64,000 nucleotides of DNA, from the NCBI GenBank assembly GCA_963979435.1, contig CAXBVE010000003.1:254-64253 (forward strand). Direction: 5' to 3'. The notes under the pieces were generated by a model. That model did not search any database and was not told where the DNA came from. It saw only the letters and a list, made by a program, of their open reading frames with translations. Position numbers and translations under genes: made by a program. Below are positions 59,277 through 64,000 of the stretch, in pieces. The first letter of the stretch is position 1; every line of letters begins with the position of its first letter. The DNA comes from an uncultured Candidatus Actinomarinales bacterium. Its GTDB lineage: Bacteria > Actinomycetota > Acidimicrobiia > Actinomarinales > Actinomarinaceae.

Positions 59277-60575
59277 TTACGGCCAAGAAGTATCAATGTT
59301 TGCCATTGCAGTATCAATGTAGCCTGGGCCTTCAACTGCTAGGTTCATCATTTCTTTCCAGAAAGAACCAGCACCAACCTCAGGTGGCATTAAGTCAGAT
59401 GCATCAAATCTAAATGCATCGGCTGCTAAAGCATCAGCAATGATAGTTCCTAATATTCTATTAATGTCTTTTGAATATAGTGAAGTATCAAATCCTGTAT
59501 GAGCACTTAATCTTGCATTGTTAGGCATTGCTGCTGCAGCTGCGTGGAATTCTGCGCTAAGCATATATTCCGCGACGGCTTTTGTAGCATCTCTGTCATT
59601 AAATGCACCCCACATGTCACCAGCACCTAATGCAGCCTTTGGAAGGCTTTCATCAATTACTGGGAATGGGAAGACCGTTGTTTCTACTCCAACTCCTGCC
59701 TGAGCTGCCTCTGGCCAGAAAGAAGGAATGAAAGATGCTTGTCTATGCATGAAACAACCTGGGTTGCCATTTGCATCTTCTGAGAACATTGGGTCTTGTG
59801 CGTTACCGAAGTATGTTGAGACGATAGCATCTGTGCCACCAACAACATAATTTTCAGTATGCATGATTTGGCTTAAAAGTGAAGCTGCATTCTTTACGAT
59901 TGGATCTTCGAACTTAAGTTCGTTAGTGACCCATTGGTCGTAAGATGTAGTTCCGTTACCGGTACGAAGCATAATATCTTCCATCCAGTCTGTTGCTAAC
60001 CAACCTGATGCACCGTTTGAGTACATACCGAAACAGAATGGATTCATTCCGTCTGCAACAATTTGATCTGCAAGTGCAATCATTGCATCCCATGTTTCAG
60101 GAACTGCATAGCCTCTTGCCTCAAATGCTGCTGGTTGGTACCAAACAATACTCTTAAGGTTAGCTGCATTTGCACCACCATATATTGAACCATCAACAGT
60201 TCCTAATCCTACAAGGTAGGATGAGAAATTTGTTTTATAAGCATCTATATCGATTTCTAGATCCTCAAGTGATGTCAACATACCTCTTTGCGCAGCATCG
60301 ACTACTGCACCAGGTTGTGGCCATAATGCGAAGTCTGGTGTATCACCAGATTCCATTTGAATTTGAATTTCTTGCTCAAAGTTGTCTGAACCTTGGTAGG
60401 TGACAACAATCCCTGTTTCCTCTGTAAAGGATTCAAAGTTAGCTCTAAAACCGTCTTGATCTTCTCCGATGAGAGCACCAGTGATGGTTACTTCTTCACC
60501 TTCGAGACTTGCGCCACCGCAAGCTCCAAGAATTAGAGTTAAAAGCAAAAAAGTCATTAATAATGATTTCCTCAT
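59277..60575 (-). CDS. sugar ABC substrate-binding lipoprotein
   Basis: Lipobox LTLILGACGG. Family-1 SBP. AAGGAG RBS. Confidence 0.8.
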   Translation of the reverse strand: MRKSLLMTFLLLTLILGACGGASLEGEEVTITGALIGEDQDGFRANFESFTEETGIVVTYQGSDNFEQEIQIQMESGDTPDFALWPQPGAVVDAAQRGMLTSLEDLEIDIDAYKTNFSSYLVGLGTVDGSIYGGANAANLKSIVWYQPAAFEARGYAVPETWDAMIALADQIVADGMNPFCFGMYSNGASGWLATDWMEDIMLRTGNGTTSYDQWVTNELKFEDPIVKNAASLLSQIMHTENYVVGGTDAIVSTYFGNAQDPMFSEDANGNPGCFMHRQASFIPSFWPEAAQAGVGVETTVFPFPVIDESLPKAALGAGDMWGAFNDRDATKAVAEYMLSAEFHAAAAAMPNNARLSAHTGFDTSLYSKDINRILGTIIADALAADAFRFDASDLMPPEVGAGSFWKEMMNLAVEGPGYIDTAMANIDTSWP

Positions 60576-60688
60576 TATCTATTTCTCCTTTGTTTACGTA
60601 CGTAGCCAAAGACATAATCTTTAACTTTTATCATCATATAAAGTTTTGGCATATCTGCACAATGAAAGTGGTTTTTTTATATTATATG

Positions 60689-60772
60689 TGCCCGGGGGGG
60701 GACTCGAACCCCCACATCCTTTCGAATAACGGATTTTAAGTCCGTCGCGTCTACCAATTCCGCCACCCGGGC
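60689..60772 (-). tRNA. tRNA-Leu (anticodon UAA), long variable arm, CCA not encoded
   Basis: Manual fold: acceptor GCCCGGG/CCCGGGC. Anticodon stem ACGGA/UCCGU with loop CUUAAAA. T-arm GGGGG-UUCGAGU-CCCCC. Discriminator A. Confidence 0.8.
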
Positions 60773-60785
60773 TACCTATCTAAAC

Positions 60786-61697
60786 TTAATAATTTTTTAA
60801 GATTAGCCCTTCTAAAATATCACTTTTTGAGACTTTTAGCTCCTGAAATTTAAATTTTTTCATAATATTACAAACTATTAATACTCCCGTTGATAATGTT
60901 TTTGCCCGTTTGGGATCTAAGGAGGGGTAGCTGCTAATTATTTGGGCCTCAGTCATTTGATTTAATTGTGATGATAAATCCTGTATCCATGAATTGTTTA
61001 AGGTGGTCAGGTGTATCTCCTCCTCATTATAAATTTTTTGTCCCAAGTAGATTGATGCAATTGACGTAAATGTTCCTGATACCCCAATCATAGAAATATT
61101 CTTGGTGTCAATTTCCAAGTCGAGACTTTGTTGAATTAAATTATCTCCTTCATTTCTATCAGCTTCACTCATGGGGTTAACGTTTGATATTCGTTCTGTT
61201 AAAGAAACGACCCCCAAATCAAGAGAGTGAACATTTGTTCTGTTTTCGGAGTCATAAATTAATTCTGTACTTCTACCTCCGATATCAACTATAAAAAAAT
61301 CATTGTTGATAGTGTTGGATGACAATACTCCTAGTGAAGTTAAGTACCCTTCGTCTTGACCACTGATGACTTGAATTTCTAGATCAAGTTTTTTTCTTAT
61401 TTCTTCAATAACTTCATCAGAGTTATTAGCATCTCGAAATACTGCTGTACCTGTTATAAAAATTTGATCAACATTTTCTGTATTAATTCTTTTTAAATAT
61501 TCTCTTAGAATCTTGATAAGTCTATTTTTTGCATCTTTAGATATCTCATTTGATGATTCAAGCCCTTCTGAAGTTTTAGTAACCTTGTGTGTTTTAAATA
61601 GGGGAAATAACTCTCCCGCTCTAACTTCTGCAATTAAAAGACGGGTGGAGTTTGAACCACAATCAATTGCGGCAACTTTTACCATTCGACTTTCCAA
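60786..61697 (-). CDS. ppx: Ppx/GppA-family phosphatase
   Basis: N-terminal VAAIDCGSNSTRLLIAEV actin-like ATPase fold motif. Confidence 0.75.
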   Translation of the reverse strand: MESRMVKVAAIDCGSNSTRLLIAEVRAGELFPLFKTHKVTKTSEGLESSNEISKDAKNRLIKILREYLKRINTENVDQIFITGTAVFRDANNSDEVIEEIRKKLDLEIQVISGQDEGYLTSLGVLSSNTINNDFFIVDIGGRSTELIYDSENRTNVHSLDLGVVSLTERISNVNPMSEADRNEGDNLIQQSLDLEIDTKNISMIGVSGTFTSIASIYLGQKIYNEEEIHLTTLNNSWIQDLSSQLNQMTEAQIISSYPSLDPKRAKTLSTGVLIVCNIMKKFKFQELKVSKSDILEGLILKNY

Positions 61698-62209
61698 GAC
61701 TTATTTTTTTCAAGTTGTTGGTCGTCAATACATGGTTCTTGACAATTAAATCCACCAACTAACTCTTCCACAATCTGTCCGACAACATTCTTACCAGTAG
61801 CAAGCTGATCGGCTAAATGCGAGTGAAGACATTTTATACTTTCACGAGCACCTCCAACACCACCGTATGGATGAATCTTGGTATTCTCATTTATCTCTTG
61901 AGTACGCTCTGTCTCGTAAGAGTGCTGCCTGTTGGACCATTGTTCATATAAATTTTTGTCTTTCTGTATTTGATCATCTAGTTCTTTAATTAAGCCTGTT
62001 GATTCGAGAGATCCGACTTTTTTGGTATACATTGGGCATGAAAGCCAATAAGTAGTTGGGAAAGGTGTTCCGTCATCTAAATTAGGTGGTACTTTAATGA
62101 CTACGGGAAGATTGAAGTGACATTTCGTAACAACATTTACAGAACTTCTTAATTTTCGACCAAGTTGGATTTCTACTATTTGCTTATTGTGATTCATCAT
62201 TAGTACCAA
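61679..62209 (-). CDS. conserved hypothetical protein (DUF501-like by actinobacterial synteny)
   Basis: Position between the ftsB-like gene and ppx, as in the actinobacterial eno–ftsB-like–DUF501–ppx block. No motif I can verify. Confidence 0.45.
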   Translation of the reverse strand: MVLMMNHNKQIVEIQLGRKLRSSVNVVTKCHFNLPVVIKVPPNLDDGTPFPTTYWLSCPMYTKKVGSLESTGLIKELDDQIQKDKNLYEQWSNRQHSYETERTQEINENTKIHPYGGVGGARESIKCLHSHLADQLATGKNVVGQIVEELVGGFNCQEPCIDDQQLEKNKSWKVEW

Positions 62210-62582
62210 TGATGTATTCTACAAATAATTCAAAAGCACTTTTACTTCTTTCACGACCAATTGTTTCTTCTAATGGTGTTACTGCCTCGGGTACATCAAA
62301 CTTATGGAGGACTTCACCATCCTTACCGTATCCATGCTCTTGTAGAATTAAGTCCAATTTATCGGGATCGTTTAAATTATCAATTTTAACTTGATAATCA
62401 TTAATCTCTTTTTTTAAGGTTTCTGCGTGTTCTATTCTATTTTCTAGTGTTGTTTGCATTGACCTGTAATTTTTATAACTTACTTCATAGGTATCAAATA
62501 CAAAATATAACGCAGAAAAGGTAATCGTAAATATGATGAGTTTAGAAACTAGGTTTCTTCTGAAAGTGTTTACTTGTTCCAT
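62184..62582 (-). CDS. septum formation initiator (FtsB/DivIC-like)
   Basis: N-terminal TM helix followed by a coiled-coil (ENRIEHAETLKKEINDYQVKIDNL). Located downstream of eno. Confidence 0.55.
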   Translation of the reverse strand: MEQVNTFRRNLVSKLIIFTITFSALYFVFDTYEVSYKNYRSMQTTLENRIEHAETLKKEINDYQVKIDNLNDPDKLDLILQEHGYGKDGEVLHKFDVPEAVTPLEETIGRERSKSAFELFVEYIIGTNDESQ

Positions 62583-63838
62583 TTTTTATTATTAAAATTG
62601 TCGAGTCCAATAACTTCACCAATGCGAAGTAGCTCATTGTATTTAGCTGTTCTTTCTGATCTAGCCGGAGCTCCTGTTTTAATTTGCCCACTAGAAGTTC
62701 CTGCTACTAAGTGACTGATAAATATATTTTCTGTTTCCCCAGACCTATGGGAGACCATGGAGGTGAAGTCACTTTCCTTTGCTAGTTGCATCGTCTCATA
62801 AGTCTCGCTTATGCTTCCAACTTGATTGACTTTGATTAATATTGAATTTGCTGATTTTTCTGTAATCCCTTTTTCTAGCATTTGAGCCTGTGTCACAAAT
62901 AAATCATCTCCAACGAGCTGTGTAGTCTCACCAATTTTTGACGTTAACTCATTCCATCCATCCCAATCGTCTTCAGCAAGTCCATCTTCTATTGAGACAA
63001 TAGGAAATTTAGTACTTAGGTCGATCAAATAACTCACCATTTCGCTTGAGTTAAGCTCTTCCTCTTCTATAAGATACTTACCTTCGCTGTAGAATTCTGA
63101 TGATGCAGCATCTAGAGCAATAGATACCTGCTCCTCCATTTTGTAATTTGCTTTTTCTACTGCTTCAATAATTATTTTTAATACTTCTTCTGAGGAGTTT
63201 AAATTGGGAGCAAATCCACCTTCATCACCTACATTTGTTGCCAATCCTCTATCTTTGAGTAATTTTTTAAGTGTATGGTAAATTTCCACTCCTGCTCGTA
63301 AAGCTGAATCGAATCGATCAAAACCATGAGGTACAATCATAAACTCTTGTATATCAACTTTATTATCCGCATGAGCGCCACCATTTAATATGTTCATAAA
63401 AGGTACTGGTAAAGAAGGTGCACCATAAATAGTTGGTACAAGCTCATACATGTTCTTTCCAGTTGCATTTGAGTAGGCATTTAGAGTTGCCATTGAAACT
63501 GCAAGGATTGAGTTTGCTCCAAGGTTACTTTTATTTGGAGTCCCATCATGTTCGATCATCAATTTATCTATATTGTTCTGATCTCCAGCATCATGACCTT
63601 TAAGCAGTTCAAAAATCTCGGTATTTACTTTATCAATAGCTTTAGTAACACCCTTGCCAAGAAAATCTGTATCTCCATCTCGAAGTTCATGGGCTTCTAG
63701 TTTTCCTGTTGAGGCACCTGATGGAACCGAAGCTCTGCCCCAAGAACCATCCTCTAAAGTAACTTCAGCTTCCACTGTTGGATTAGCTCGTGAATCTAGG
63801 ACATACCTAGCGTGAATTTTATTAATATTTGTATTCAT
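62570..63838 (-). CDS. eno: enolase
   Basis: SHRSGETE motif. IKVNQVGSISE. 422 aa. Confidence 0.9.
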   Translation of the reverse strand: MNTNINKIHARYVLDSRANPTVEAEVTLEDGSWGRASVPSGASTGKLEAHELRDGDTDFLGKGVTKAIDKVNTEIFELLKGHDAGDQNNIDKLMIEHDGTPNKSNLGANSILAVSMATLNAYSNATGKNMYELVPTIYGAPSLPVPFMNILNGGAHADNKVDIQEFMIVPHGFDRFDSALRAGVEIYHTLKKLLKDRGLATNVGDEGGFAPNLNSSEEVLKIIIEAVEKANYKMEEQVSIALDAASSEFYSEGKYLIEEEELNSSEMVSYLIDLSTKFPIVSIEDGLAEDDWDGWNELTSKIGETTQLVGDDLFVTQAQMLEKGITEKSANSILIKVNQVGSISETYETMQLAKESDFTSMVSHRSGETENIFISHLVAGTSSGQIKTGAPARSERTAKYNELLRIGEVIGLDNFNNKKWNK

Positions 63839-63875
63839 AACCCTGTTAATTAAAATTTAACAGAATTTTTCAAGT

Positions 63876-64000
63876 TTACGACTCTATTTGCTTATTCTTT
63901 GCTTCCTGCCAAAGCTCATTAATATCTGCATCTTCTTGATAATTTTGCTCTACATACCTTGCTCTGTTTATGAACCTGTCGATTGAGCGTTTTAGTTGTA
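63876..64000 (-). CDS. C-terminal fragment of a gene upstream of eno (continues beyond window end)
   Basis: Open frame to the window edge ending ...ELWQEAKNKQIES, stop at 63878..63876. Product unknown. Confidence 0.3.
   Translation of the reverse strand, partial: QLKRSIDRFINRARYVEQNYQEDADINELWQEAKNKQIES

Noticed and set aside
60691-60700. G8/C8 homopolymer considered as a contingency locus
   Set aside because: It is the T-stem/acceptor junction of the tRNA-Leu gene (GGGGG...CCCCCCCC pairing), i.e. structural and not a variable tract.
1-64000. Mobile elements, prophage, CRISPR, toxin–antitoxin or defence islands
   Set aside because: I looked for transposase/integrase/recombinase motifs, direct-repeat arrays and small paired ORFs next to the tRNA and the MTase. 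None were found. The only defence-like gene is the orphan methyltransferase.

Overview
This is a gene-dense, AT-rich chromosomal segment of about 60 protein genes plus one tRNA, with about one third GC by eye. Genes sit back to back with short or overlapping junctions, and no rRNA, CRISPR array, transposase or integrase is recognisable. The content looks like core metabolism of a genome-streamlined, low-GC marine actinobacterium with a light-harvesting rhodopsin. That organism call is inference from gene content and synteny: eno–ftsB-like–DUF501–ppx; sufB-sufD-Rieske-sufC; a PASTA-bearing class A PBP; a pyrR-led pyr operon.

Genes from left to right:
- a partial citrate synthase start; a class A PBP; leucyl aminopeptidase; a PduO-type corrinoid adenosyltransferase
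- a 988-aa secreted SpoIID / peptidoglycan-binding / SLH-like wall protein
- a very compact minus-strand operon: lpdA, fused E1 alpha-beta, E2, a fused LipB-LipA, tkt
- an MBL hydrolase and an acyl-CoA dehydrogenase
- sufC'-sufS-sufE, and separately sufB-sufD-Rieske-sufC
- a Gpt-like PRTase and a BMP-family nucleoside ABC importer
- a complete pyrimidine operon (pyrR-pyrB-pyrC-carA-carB-pyrF, a minimal pyrD-like, a 118-aa PRTase and an unknown 288-aa protein)
- rpiB and fumC
- an M23 peptidase, an orphan beta-class DNA methyltransferase and a CydDC-like ABC exporter pair
- a PNPOx-like::MenA fusion, menG/ubiE, a TlpA-like thioredoxin and a DsbB/BdbC-like protein
- a DTE-motif proton-pumping rhodopsin with its own terminator and an upstream CRP-type palindrome; a class II CPD photolyase
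- a sugar ABC uptake cluster with two paralogous binding proteins and a ROK kinase
- tRNA-Leu(UAA); ppx/gppA; DUF501; an FtsB-like protein; enolase

I found no obvious mobile or defence island. The most interesting points are the rhodopsin regulatory palindrome, the two enzyme fusions in the lipoate/2-oxoacid locus, the split suf system with two sufC copies, the miniaturised pyrD/pyrE with an unknown protein appended to the pyr operon, and the quinone/thiol-redox module next to the rhodopsin.
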